Below are positions 1-9,199 of a stretch of DNA of 64,000 nt, in pieces; position 1 is the first letter of the stretch, and each line of letters starts with the position of its first letter. The notes beneath the pieces are model-generated. The model was not told the DNA's origin. It did not search any database and saw only the letters and a program-made list of their open reading frames with translations. A program made the position numbers and the translations under genes. This DNA is from Alphaproteobacteria bacterium. GTDB lineage: Bacteria; Pseudomonadota; Alphaproteobacteria; UBA828. Location of the stretch: the NCBI GenBank assembly GCA_965221125.1, contig CBDCRW010000003.1, forward strand, positions 160,001 through 224,000, in the 5' to 3' direction.

Positions 1-809
1 GCCGCAAAACGCCCCGGCCGGCCCACCAGCCGGCTGTGCAGGCCGATGCTCATCATGCCGGGCTGCTGGGCGCCCTCCGCGTAGAGCACGTCGAAGGCAT
101 CGCGCAGGTAGGCGAAGAAGGGCTCGCCCCAGTCGAAGCCCGGCGCGGTGGCGAAGCGGTGGTCGTTGTGGTCCGCCGTGTACGGGATCATCAGCAGCGG
201 CCGGCCGGCCTCCTCCACCCAGTACGGCAGCTCGTCGGCATAGGAATCCTGACTGTAGAGGAAGCCTCCTTCCTCCGCCACCAGGCGCACGGTATTCGGG
301 CTCCTGCGGCCGAGGAAGTAGCCCAGGGGCCGCGTGCCCGTCAGCTCCTGCTGGATCGCGATGGCCTTTTCGATGTGCGCGCGCTCCTCCGCCTCGGGCA
401 CGGCGTGATAGTCGATCCAGCGGTAGCCGTGGCTCGCGATCTCCCAGTCCGCCTCCGTCATCGCGGCGACCGCCTCGGGGTTGCGGGCGAGCGCCATGGC
501 GACGCCGAAGATCGTGACCGGCACGTCCCGCTCGGTGAAGAGCCGGTGCAGCCGCCAGAAGCCGACGCGGCTGCCGAACTCGTACATGGACTCGATAGGC
601 AGCGCGCGCTCGCCGATGCGGGGCTCGGCGAAGCCGAACTCGGTGAGCAGCGTCTCCGAACCCGCATCGCCGTGGAGGATGCTGTTCTCCGCGCCTTCCT
701 CGTAGTTGATGACGAACTGCACGGCGATGCGCGCATCGCCCGGCCAGCGCGGGTGCGGCCGCCTCCGGCCGTAGCCCACCATGTCGCGGGGATAGGGGGT
801 GTCGGTCAT
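1..809 (-). CDS. puuE: Allantoinase PuuE / polysaccharide deacetylase family protein (3' end runs off the window)
   Basis: Not in the ORF track because it is truncated. Manual translation from ATG at 809 gives MTDTPYPRDMVGYG...WPGDARIAVQFVINYEEGAENSILHGD...ESMYEFGSRVGFWRL...EIASHGYRWIDY...MMSIGLHSRLVGRPGR, typical of PuuE. Confidence 0.85.
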   Translation of the reverse strand, partial: MTDTPYPRDMVGYGRRRPHPRWPGDARIAVQFVINYEEGAENSILHGDAGSETLLTEFGFAEPRIGERALPIESMYEFGSRVGFWRLHRLFTERDVPVTIFGVAMALARNPEAVAAMTEADWEIASHGYRWIDYHAVPEAEERAHIEKAIAIQQELTGTRPLGYFLGRRSPNTVRLVAEEGGFLYSQDSYADELPYWVEEAGRPLLMIPYTADHNDHRFATAPGFDWGEPFFAYLRDAFDVLYAEGAQQPGMMSIGLHSRLVGRPGRFA

Positions 810-822
810 GCGCGCCGAGGCC

Positions 823-1677
823 CTAGCGGAAGAGCGCCGCGTTCTCGCGGGCGAAGGTGCGGAAGTCGCGGGGCGCGCGCCCGGTCACGCGTTCCACCAC
901 GTCGGTCACCGGCGCCCCGAACCCCTCGCGGAAGAGCCCGTCGATCTCGACCAGCGCATGCGCGGCCTCCGGCCCGATGCCGGCGGCGCCCAGCGCAGCC
1001 CGCGCGTCGGCGTCGCTGACGGAGACGTAGCGCACCTCCCGGCCCAGCTCTTCCGAGAGGATCGCCGCGCATTCGGCATAGGAGACCGCCTCAGGCCCGG
1101 TGATCTCGTAGGTCTCGCCCTCGTGCCCGTCCTCGGCCAGAGCGGCCACGGTGACCGCCGCCACGTCCTCGATCTCGACCAGCGAGATCCGGGCGTCGCC
1201 CACGGGCGCGTAGAATTCGCTCCGCTCCCTGATGAGAGGGGCGAAGCGGCGGAAATTCTGCATGAAGGCGTTGGGCCAGAGGTGGGTGTAGGGAATGCCG
1301 GACTCGTTGATGCGCCGCTCGATCACCCCGTGCCAGCGGCGGATGGTGGTGGGCGCGTCCGGCGCGGCCTTGATCGCTGACATTTTCACGATACGCCGGA
1401 TGCCGGCCCGCTTGGCGGCCTCGACCGCGCTCAGCTCCAGCTCCACCATCGCTTCGGAGAAGGCGCAGAGCAGCGAGAGGGTCTCGACCCCCTCGAACGC
1501 GGCATCGAGGGTCGAGGGCGCGGCGAAGTCGCCTTCGACGTAGTCCAGGTCGTCGCCGAACTGCCGGCGCGCCCGGCTCACGTCGCGGCTCATGATGCGG
1601 AACGGCTGCGCCTGCGCGCGAAGCTGGGCGACGGTGGCACTCCCCGTCGTGCCCGTCGCTCCGGTCAGCAGGATCAT
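823..1677 (-). CDS. NmrA-like atypical SDR / NAD(P)H-binding oxidoreductase
   Basis: N-terminal ILLTGATGTTG Rossmann motif; PNAFMQN; YEITGPEA. Confidence 0.85.
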   Translation of the reverse strand: MILLTGATGTTGSATVAQLRAQAQPFRIMSRDVSRARRQFGDDLDYVEGDFAAPSTLDAAFEGVETLSLLCAFSEAMVELELSAVEAAKRAGIRRIVKMSAIKAAPDAPTTIRRWHGVIERRINESGIPYTHLWPNAFMQNFRRFAPLIRERSEFYAPVGDARISLVEIEDVAAVTVAALAEDGHEGETYEITGPEAVSYAECAAILSEELGREVRYVSVSDADARAALGAAGIGPEAAHALVEIDGLFREGFGAPVTDVVERVTGRAPRDFRTFARENAALFR

Positions 1678-1751
1678 GACTGGCCCCCGGCGGCTGCTCC
1701 CGCGGGGATGCTAGTCGATGCCCGCCCTCCCCTCCAGGGCCGCCGTGCGCC

Positions 1752-3281
1752 TCAGTGGTCGTGGCCCTCGTGGCCGCCCAGGGTCACCGTGTATTGCAGG
1801 ATGACCTGGTTGTCCTCCTCGCCGGCCGCGAGCTGCTCCCGGTTGTATTGCAGGCGGATCTGGCCGAAGTCGTCACTGGTCCAGTCACCCATGATGGCGA
1901 GGGCGCTCGGATTGTGGCCGGCTTCCGCTCCGCTCGGCGGTGAGAGTTGCGAATAGCGGGTTCCGATCCGCCATTGGGGCGCGAACTTGTAGACCGCCTG
2001 CGCGTACCAGCCGGCGCTCCTGTCATCGACGGCATGTTCGTGCTCGTCCAGGCCGTCATCGACCTGCCAGAGGTACTCGCCCTGGAGGATCAGCTCGCTC
2101 TGGCCCGCATCGCCCGTGGGCGCCCAGGCGAAGCGCATGTCGATGCCGAAGAGGTCGCGGTCGCCGCTGTAGAGGCCAGCGTACTCGTCCTCGCCCTCGT
2201 GACCGTGTTCGTCCTCGTCGTCGTGGTGCTCGTCCTCGTCGTGGTCGTCCTCGTCGTGGTCGTCCTCGTCGTGATGCTCGTCCTCGTCGTGGTCGTGCTC
2301 GTCCTCGTGCATCTCGTCGTCGTGGTGCTCGTCCTCGTGGTCGTCCATCTCGTGGGCGTGGCCGTGACCGCCACCGTCGCTGTCGACCTGGCCGCTGAGC
2401 AGCGACACGCCAATGCCCCACGACGAGTCGCGGCCCATGTCGCCGCCGATCCGCGCGAAGGCCGAGAGCGCCCGGCGCCCGTTGTCGGAGCCGATGAAGG
2501 GCTGGTCGTCGCCCCGGAACAGACCGCCGCCGATCTCCGTCCGTACGTCGCCGGGCAACGCGAGGGAAACCTGCAAGCCGTCGTCGTTGTACGCACCGTC
2601 CAGGAAGGCCCGGTAGGGCAAGGGCCGGTCGGCGAAGTCGTCTTCGTGCGCATGGCGCTCGTTGAGGTAGCCGAACGACCAGAGCTTGCGGCCCGCCGTC
2701 AGGGTCACCTCCTGGGGCAGCCGGGAGCCCGGCAGGGTCTGGATGTACGCCTCCTCAAGCTCGAGTTCCGTTGCTTCGCCAGGATGCGCACCGACGCCCA
2801 GCACGACAGCGGCGCGCAGCGCATCGCTGACATTGCTCGAAAGACTCAGCTCGCTGTGACCGAGCGAGAATCCCTCGGGCGCACGCTCGCTCTCATGCCC
2901 GAATTCGAACCCGCCGGCGATGTGCGAATCTTCGACCGAATGCGAGGCGAACATGCCCCTCAGCACCGCGCCGATCTGGGGAGCGAACGTCTCCCCATGA
3001 TCGTCGTGCGGGGTCATCGCGTCGTCGTGGCCGTGATCGTCGTGGCCGTGATCGTGCGGATCGGCCGCCTCGCCGGCTCTCCCGGATTGCAGCGCTTCGA
3101 GCTGCTCCTCCAGCGCCCTGATGCGGGCCTCGTATTCCTCCCGCAGCGTCGCAATCTCGACGGCGAGAATGGAAGCCATGGGCGTGTCGCCATCCGATTG
3201 TGCCTCCGCCTGCGGCGCGATCAGCGTCGTCGCAATGGCCGCGGTCGCGGCGGTGGCGGCAATGCCCACGGTGCGTCTCAT
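1752..3281 (-). CDS. His-rich outer-membrane beta-barrel protein, probable zinc-regulated metal uptake porin/receptor
   Basis: Signal peptide MRRTVGIAATAATAAIATTLIAPQAEA, coiled coil, amphipathic strands (LEEAYIQT, GWYAQAVYKF, IRLQYNR), three His-rich tracts, C-terminal GGHEGHDH; upstream Zur-like box. Confidence 0.75.
   Translation of the reverse strand: MRRTVGIAATAATAAIATTLIAPQAEAQSDGDTPMASILAVEIATLREEYEARIRALEEQLEALQSGRAGEAADPHDHGHDDHGHDDAMTPHDDHGETFAPQIGAVLRGMFASHSVEDSHIAGGFEFGHESERAPEGFSLGHSELSLSSNVSDALRAAVVLGVGAHPGEATELELEEAYIQTLPGSRLPQEVTLTAGRKLWSFGYLNERHAHEDDFADRPLPYRAFLDGAYNDDGLQVSLALPGDVRTEIGGGLFRGDDQPFIGSDNGRRALSAFARIGGDMGRDSSWGIGVSLLSGQVDSDGGGHGHAHEMDDHEDEHHDDEMHEDEHDHDEDEHHDEDDHDEDDHDEDEHHDDEDEHGHEGEDEYAGLYSGDRDLFGIDMRFAWAPTGDAGQSELILQGEYLWQVDDGLDEHEHAVDDRSAGWYAQAVYKFAPQWRIGTRYSQLSPPSGAEAGHNPSALAIMGDWTSDDFGQIRLQYNREQLAAGEEDNQVILQYTVTLGGHEGHDH
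2185..2370 (-). repeat. Low-complexity coding tandem repeat encoding a His/Asp/Glu tract
   Basis: TCGTCCTCGTCGTGG-like 15-mers at 2230-2274 plus degenerate copies; encodes HGHAHEMDDHEDEHHDDEMHEDEHDHDEDEHHDEDDHDEDDHDEDEHHDDEDEHGHE. Confidence 0.9.
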
Positions 3282-3352
3282 ATCTAGTCCCCCCTCGTCT
3301 GAATGAGCAGCGGCCCGACAGAGCGCCAGTGTTCCGCCGCCGTGTAAGCGTA

Positions 3353-3369
3353 ATGTTACAATATCACAT
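3353..3369. promoter_or_regulatory. Putative Zur box
   Basis: ATGTTACAATATCACAT, two mismatches from the Zur core ATGTTATAnTATAACAT; lies just downstream of a minus-strand TTGACG (-35-like, 3377-3372) ahead of the His-rich OM gene. Confidence 0.75.
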
Positions 3370-3471
3370 AGCGTCAAGTTATCATATATCCGGAATCGTT
3401 CGCTTCGCTCCGCAAGCTAGGTTCTCGGTGGTGTTAGGGGTGATCTCCGGCGGCGACGGCGCCACCCTTGC

Positions 3472-4128
3472 CTAGTAGGGCGCCCCCGAGAGGGACATCA
3501 TGACGGTCTGCTCGATGTCGGTGATCGCCTGGGCAAGCTCGCGGCCGATCAGGTCCATCTTGCGCAGCTGGTCGATGCGCGGGCGGCACTGCTCCATGTC
3601 CCGGTCGGGGAAGATCTCGCGGAGGATGTCGCACGCGTCCACCAGGCCGATCAGGGCGACGTCGCGGGGATGGGGAATGTCGTCGGAGAACAGGACGTCC
3701 CCGATCCGCAGCTTCACCTCCTGCTCGACGTTGCCGTCGATCGTGGGGTAGCGGCGGGCGCGGAACGCCCACATCACGCGGGCTTCGCGCTGCACGACGA
3801 TGCCGCGGGCGACGAGGCTCTGCAGCGCCTGCTCGCGGATGTTGGGCGCGTCTTCGACCGACAGCACCCTGATCCAGGTCCTCGTATCCGTCGGCGATCC
3901 CTGCGCCGCGATTTTCGCGAGCACGGGATCGACGATGGGACTCCCGGTGGGAGCCCGGTCCGTGATCACGAGGGAGTCGGGGTCGGTATCGATCCGGTTG
4001 GCGAACGCCAGATCCATCAGCACGGCGCCGGCGATGGCGCAGCCGAGGGTGGCCTTCGGAATCGGCACGAACGTGCCGTCCTTGTCGTCCAGCAGAAGGA
4101 GCAGAATCTCTTCGGTGAAGGTCAGCAT
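3472..4128 (-). CDS. GPP34 (GOLPH3/Vps74-like) family protein
   Basis: MLTFTEEILLLLLDDKDG...AIAGAVLMDLAFANRI...LVARGIV...WAFRARRYP pattern; the ORF track's upstream extension to 4974 overlaps the next gene and is spurious. Confidence 0.8.
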   Translation of the reverse strand: MLTFTEEILLLLLDDKDGTFVPIPKATLGCAIAGAVLMDLAFANRIDTDPDSLVITDRAPTGSPIVDPVLAKIAAQGSPTDTRTWIRVLSVEDAPNIREQALQSLVARGIVVQREARVMWAFRARRYPTIDGNVEQEVKLRIGDVLFSDDIPHPRDVALIGLVDACDILREIFPDRDMEQCRPRIDQLRKMDLIGRELAQAITDIEQTVMMSLSGAPY

Positions 4129-4163
4129 GGGTCGCGGTCCCCGACTGTTGCCAGGGACAGCGT

Positions 4164-4194
4164 AGAGCGTTTCCGTATCGTACGGAAACGTTCT
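4164..4194. promoter_or_regulatory. Inverted repeat (operator or hairpin) upstream of the GPP34 gene
   Basis: AGAGCGTTTCCGTA-TCG-TACGGAAACGTTCT, 14-bp arms with one mismatch. Confidence 0.5.
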
Positions 4195-4316
4195 GGGCAT
4201 TTGTCGCTCACGGCAGCCGGCCGTCCTGCGATTCCGCGCGCCCCTCAGAGTCGGACGCGCGCCAGCTCGCGCCGATGACGACCGCGTGTCGCCCCTCCGC
4301 TCCCATGGGCGCTCTG

Positions 4317-5471
4317 TCAGCTTCTGGCGGCATCCCGCACGGCGCGGGCGATCCGCGTCGCCGCCGCCTCGTCGAGGTCGGCGTGCATGGGCAGGCACAG
4401 CACCTGGCGGCAGAGGCGCTCGCTCACCGGCAGCGAGCCGGGGCCCTCGCCCCAGCCCCGATAGGCCGGCTGCAGGTGCATCGGCAGCGGATAGTGGATC
4501 GCGGTCGGGATCGCCTGCGCAGAAAGCACCGCCTGCACCGCGTCCCGGTTCTCCAGGCGGATCGTGTACTGCGCCCACGTGGAGCGCCGCGCCGGCAGCC
4601 GCCCCGGCAACGCGACGACGCCCGCGAGGCCCGCGTCGTACCACCCGGCCACCCGCCCGCGCGCGTCGATCTCCGCATCCAGGGCCGCGAGCTTCACCAG
4701 CAGGACCGCCGCCTGCAGCGTGTCGAAGCGGCTGTTGAGGCCGAGTCGGACGATGTCGTACTTGTCCCCGCCCGTGCCGTGCTGACGGATGGAGCGCCAG
4801 CGGTCCGCCCGCGCCGCATCGTCGGTGAAGAGCGCGCCGCCGTCTCCATAGCAGCCGAGTGGCTTGGCCGGGTAGAAGCTGGTCGTCGTGACCGGCGCGA
4901 GCGCGCCGACGGGCCGCCCGCCGCTCGCCCCGCCGAAGCTCTGCGCCGCATCGTCGATCAGCAGCATCTCCCACCGCGCCGCGATGGGGGCGAGCGCGTC
5001 GTAGTCCGCCGCCTGGCCGAAGAGGTCCGCCGCGATGACCGCGCGCGGCACGAGCCGCCCCTCTTCCGCGACGCGAGCGACCTGCACCGCGAGGTCGGCG
5101 GGGTCGATCATGTAGGTCTCCTCCACCACGTCGACGAAGACCGGCGCAGCCCCGATCAGCGCCACGACCTCCGCCGTCGCGGTGAAGGTGAAGCTCGGGA
5201 TGAAGACGGCATCGCCCGGTCCGATCCCCTCGGCCATCAGCGCGATCTGAAGCGCATCGGTCCCGCTCGCGCAGGTGACCGCGTGAGCGGCGCCGGCGCG
5301 CGCGGCAAGCGCTGCCTCGAGCTCGGCCACCGCCGGCCCCATGACGTAGCGGCCATCCTCGAGGACGCGCGCGATCGCGGCGTCGATATCGGGCTTGAGC
5401 CGCCGGTACTGCGCGCGCAGGTCGATGAAGGCGATGGGCCCGGGGCTGGTGTCGCGATCGGTGGATGACAT
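4317..5471 (-). CDS. DegT/DnrJ/EryC1/StrS nucleotide-sugar aminotransferase (WbpE-like)
   Basis: [38 protein letters not shown] (PLP Lys), [24 protein letters not shown]. Confidence 0.92.
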   Translation of the reverse strand: MSSTDRDTSPGPIAFIDLRAQYRRLKPDIDAAIARVLEDGRYVMGPAVAELEAALAARAGAAHAVTCASGTDALQIALMAEGIGPGDAVFIPSFTFTATAEVVALIGAAPVFVDVVEETYMIDPADLAVQVARVAEEGRLVPRAVIAADLFGQAADYDALAPIAARWEMLLIDDAAQSFGGASGGRPVGALAPVTTTSFYPAKPLGCYGDGGALFTDDAARADRWRSIRQHGTGGDKYDIVRLGLNSRFDTLQAAVLLVKLAALDAEIDARGRVAGWYDAGLAGVVALPGRLPARRSTWAQYTIRLENRDAVQAVLSAQAIPTAIHYPLPMHLQPAYRGWGEGPGSLPVSERLCRQVLCLPMHADLDEAAATRIARAVRDAARS

Positions 5472-5681
5472 GCTGTTCCAGTTACACGGTTGTCGGGCGC
5501 GCCAAAAAAAGTCGCGGCGGCGGCGCGGTTACGTGGGCGCGGGGCGTTGTCATGCGTGAGGCATCCGGTGGGGAGGGTCCGGCGCACCGCGTTGCATCGG
5601 CACCGGCTTGTCGTTAGCCTTTATATATCACCGCGATACGTCAGGTTCATGGACGAACGGGCAACGAACCGGCGATTTTCC

Positions 5682-7346
5682 ATGGCGACCAGGCTACCCA
5701 TCGGCGACGACGACGCGCAGGCTGCGGCTGCCTCCAAGGCCGCGCGGCTGCGTGCCCTGCTGCGCGCCCCTGCCCTCTCCTTCATCATGGAGGCACACAA
5801 CGGGCTCTCCGCCAAGATCGTGGAGGAGGCCGGGTTCGAGGGCATCTGGGCCTCGGGCCTCTCCATGTCGGCCGCGCTCGGCGTGCGCGACAACAACGAG
5901 GCCTCGTGGACCCAGGTCCTCGAAATGCTGGAGTTCATGGCCGACGCCACCACGGTCCCGATCCTTGTGGACGGCGACACCGGCTACGGCAACTTCAACA
6001 ACGTGCGCCGCCTGGTGCAAAAACTCTGCCAGCGCGGCATCGCCGGGGTCTGCATCGAGGACAAGCTGTTCCCCAAGACCAACTCCTTCATCGGTGAGAA
6101 CCAGCCGCTGGCGGACGTGGAGGAGTTCTGCGGCCGCATCAAGGCCGGCAAGGACAGCCAGAGCGACGACGACTTCCAGATCGTGGCTCGCGTGGAAGCG
6201 CTGATCGCCGGCTGGGGCATGGAGGAAGCGCTGCGCCGGGCCGAGGCCTATCGCGGGGCCGGCGCCGATGCGGTCCTCATCCACTCCAAGAAGGCGACCG
6301 CCGACGAGATCACCGGCTTCTGCGAGGCCTGGGAGGGCCGTGCGCCCGTGGTCATCGTGCCCACCATGTACCACCGCACGCCGACGCAGACATTTCGGGA
6401 CGCCGGCGTCTCCATGGTGATCTGGGCGAACCACAACATGCGGGCCGCGGTCTCCGCCATGCGCCAGGTGAGCAAGGCGATCCGGGAGAGCGAATCGCTC
6501 GTCGAAGTTGAGGACGAGATCACGCCGGTGCGCGAGGTGTTCGCGCTCACGGGCCAGGCGGAGCTTGCGGCGGCCGAGGCGCGCTATCTCGCCGCAGCCG
6601 GCGGTCACAGCGCGATCCTGCTTGCGGCATCGCGCGGCGGCAAGCTCGGCCCGCTCACCGAGCAGCGGCCGAAGTGCATGATCGACGTGCGCGGCGAGCC
6701 GCTGCTGCAGCGCTTGGTGCGGACGCTGAACCGGAGCGGCGTCGGCGCGGTGACCGTGGTGCGCGGCTACCGCAAGGAGGCCATCGACATCCCCGGCATC
6801 GAGGCGGTCGACAACGACCGCTACGACGAGACCGGCGAAGCCGCCTCCCTCGCCTGCGCCAGCGAGCGCCTCCACGGACCCTGCCTGATCTCCTACGGCG
6901 ACATCCTGTTCCGCCGGCACGAGCTGGACGGCCTGCTCGCCGCGGACGGCGACATCGTCACGGTGGTCGATGCGAGGCGCCGGACAGAATCCTCCCGCGC
7001 GCCCGACCGCGCGGTCGACTGGGTGCGCTGCTCCCGCCCCTTCACCGGCGGCTACCTCGACGACGAGCGCGTGACGCTGGAGGCGATCTGGAACGGCACG
7101 GACGGCGCCGAGACCGCCCACGGCGAGTTCATCGGCCTGACGCGGCTGAGCGCCGACGGCGCCGCGCTGGTCCGCTGCGTGCTCGACGCCATGTGCGAGG
7201 ACGGCACCCTCGACCGCGCCGACCTCCCCGACGTCCTCGCCCGCCTCGTCGCCCAGGGCGCTGCCATCGACGTGCTCTACATCAACGGCCACTGGCTCGA
7301 CGTGGACGACGCCTTCGACCTCGCTAGCCTTCGCAACCTGGTGTAG
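5682..7346 (+). CDS. pepM: Phosphoenolpyruvate mutase fused to a C-terminal NTP-transferase (cytidylyltransferase-like) domain
   Basis: Diagnostic [10 protein letters not shown] (EDKxxxxxNS) motif, [20 protein letters not shown]; C-terminal ILLAASRG...PKCM...YGDILF...WLDVD. Confidence 0.93.
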   Translation: MATRLPIGDDDAQAAAASKAARLRALLRAPALSFIMEAHNGLSAKIVEEAGFEGIWASGLSMSAALGVRDNNEASWTQVLEMLEFMADATTVPILVDGDTGYGNFNNVRRLVQKLCQRGIAGVCIEDKLFPKTNSFIGENQPLADVEEFCGRIKAGKDSQSDDDFQIVARVEALIAGWGMEEALRRAEAYRGAGADAVLIHSKKATADEITGFCEAWEGRAPVVIVPTMYHRTPTQTFRDAGVSMVIWANHNMRAAVSAMRQVSKAIRESESLVEVEDEITPVREVFALTGQAELAAAEARYLAAAGGHSAILLAASRGGKLGPLTEQRPKCMIDVRGEPLLQRLVRTLNRSGVGAVTVVRGYRKEAIDIPGIEAVDNDRYDETGEAASLACASERLHGPCLISYGDILFRRHELDGLLAADGDIVTVVDARRRTESSRAPDRAVDWVRCSRPFTGGYLDDERVTLEAIWNGTDGAETAHGEFIGLTRLSADGAALVRCVLDAMCEDGTLDRADLPDVLARLVAQGAAIDVLYINGHWLDVDDAFDLASLRNLV

Positions 7347-7351
7347 CCGCC

Positions 7352-9199
7352 ATGGAAGACCTGCCCCTCTCCGATCCGGATACCATCGTCGTCGGCGGCG
7401 ATCCGATGACGGCCGAAGCGCCGGACTTCGACCCGATGCTGCTCTCGGTGCTCTCCAGCCGCTTCGGCGCCATCCTGCGCGAGATGAGCAACGGCGTGCT
7501 GCGTGCCAGCAAGTCGGGCGTCATCAAGATCGCGCGCGACATGTCCTGCGCCATCCTCACCTACGACCACCGCCTCGTCTGCATCGAGGAGTGCATCCCG
7601 GTGCACGCGGCGGCCATCGACCTCACGACCCGCCCGCTCACCGAGTTCTTCGACGACATCGAGGACGGCGACGCCTTCCTCAACAACTGCCCGTATACGG
7701 GCGTCACGCACCACGCGGACCTCACCATCTGCGTGCCGGTGTTCTTCGGCGGCAAGCCGCTCTTCTGGACCGTCTCGCGCGCCCACCATGCCGATGTCGG
7801 CGCGCCGATCCCGTCGACCTACCTGCCCTACGCCAAGACCATCTACGAGGAGGGGCTGCACTTCCCCGGCGTGCGCGTGGAACGCGGCTACAAGGAGCTC
7901 CGCGACATCATCCGCATGGCGAAGATGAAGGTGCGGGTGCCGGATCTCTGGTACGGCGACTACCTCGCGCAGGTGGGCGCCTGCCGCACCGCCGAGCGGC
8001 GCATCAAGGAGCTGGTGGAGAAGTACGGGCCGGAGACCATCGCCCGGTTCGTCGAGGCCTGGATGGCCTACGGCGAACGCCGCGCCGCCGCCGCCATCCG
8101 GACGCTGCCGGAAGGCTCGTGGTCGTACGAGAACCGCCACGACCCGTTGCCGGGCGTCGCCGACGAGGGCATCCCGGTCCGCGCGCGGGTCACAGTCGAC
8201 CCCGGCGAGGCGACCATCACGGTGGACGTGCGCGACAACATCGACTGCATCCCCGGCGGGCTCAACCTGAGCGAGACCTGCGCCATCGCCGCCTGCCGCG
8301 CCGGCGTCTTCTACAACATCGACCACACCATCCCGCACAACGAGGGCAGCGCGCGGCGCATCCGCGTGCTGCTGCGGGATGGCTGCATCGTCGGCCGGCC
8401 GCGCTATCCCGTCGGCACCTCGGTCGCCACCACCAATGTCACCGACCGGCTGGTGAACGCGGTCTCCTGCTGCTTCGCGCAGATCGGGCCGACGCACGGC
8501 ATGGCGGAAGGCGGCTACCAGCAGGCGCTGGGCCTCGCAGTGATTTCCGGCGAAGACCCGCGCCGCGACGGCCAGACCTACGTCAACCAGATGTTCATCG
8601 GCTTCGGCGGCGGGCCGGGGCTGCCGGGGCACGACGGCTGGGTCACGTATGGCGGGCCGGTGGACGGCGGCATGCAGATCCTCTCGCCCACCGAGGTCGA
8701 CGAGAGCATGTTCCCCATCCACTTCGAGTGCCGGGAGCTTGCCATCGACACGCTCGGCCACGGCGAGTGGGACGGCGCGCCGGGCACGCTCGCCGTCTAC
8801 GGCCCCACCGCCGGCGAGATGACCGCCGTCTACTGCAGCGACGGCGACACCTATCCGTCCAAGGGCGTGCGCGGCGGCGGCGACGGCGCGCCCTCGGTCA
8901 ACCAGAAGCGCAGGCCCGACGGCACGCTCGCCACCCTCCCCTCCTTCCACGAGGAACGCTGCGCCCCCGGCGAGATGTTCCGCTTCGTCACCACGGCCGG
9001 CGGCGGCTACGGCGATCCTGCGCGGCGCGAGCCCGCGGCGGTCGCACGCGCGGTCGACAACGGCTGGCTCAGCCCGGAGAAGGCCGAAGAGGTCTACGCC
9101 GTGGCGCTCCGTCTCGCCGACGACGGCATCCGCCACGAGGTCGACGGCACGGAGACCGCGCGCCTCCGCCAGGCGCAGAACGGCGGGGCCGGCAGCTAG
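7352..9199 (+). CDS. Hydantoinase B / oxoprolinase family protein
   Basis: EMSNGVLRASKSGVIKIARDMSCAI, NCPYTGVTHHAD, RAHHADVGA, EEGL, TAGGGGYGDP. Confidence 0.92.
   Translation: MEDLPLSDPDTIVVGGDPMTAEAPDFDPMLLSVLSSRFGAILREMSNGVLRASKSGVIKIARDMSCAILTYDHRLVCIEECIPVHAAAIDLTTRPLTEFFDDIEDGDAFLNNCPYTGVTHHADLTICVPVFFGGKPLFWTVSRAHHADVGAPIPSTYLPYAKTIYEEGLHFPGVRVERGYKELRDIIRMAKMKVRVPDLWYGDYLAQVGACRTAERRIKELVEKYGPETIARFVEAWMAYGERRAAAAIRTLPEGSWSYENRHDPLPGVADEGIPVRARVTVDPGEATITVDVRDNIDCIPGGLNLSETCAIAACRAGVFYNIDHTIPHNEGSARRIRVLLRDGCIVGRPRYPVGTSVATTNVTDRLVNAVSCCFAQIGPTHGMAEGGYQQALGLAVISGEDPRRDGQTYVNQMFIGFGGGPGLPGHDGWVTYGGPVDGGMQILSPTEVDESMFPIHFECRELAIDTLGHGEWDGAPGTLAVYGPTAGEMTAVYCSDGDTYPSKGVRGGGDGAPSVNQKRRPDGTLATLPSFHEERCAPGEMFRFVTTAGGGYGDPARREPAAVARAVDNGWLSPEKAEEVYAVALRLADDGIRHEVDGTETARLRQAQNGGAGS

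Noticed and set aside
2185-2370. Tandem repeats as a possible CRISPR array
   Set aside because: No unique spacers, in-frame coding repeat, no cas genes
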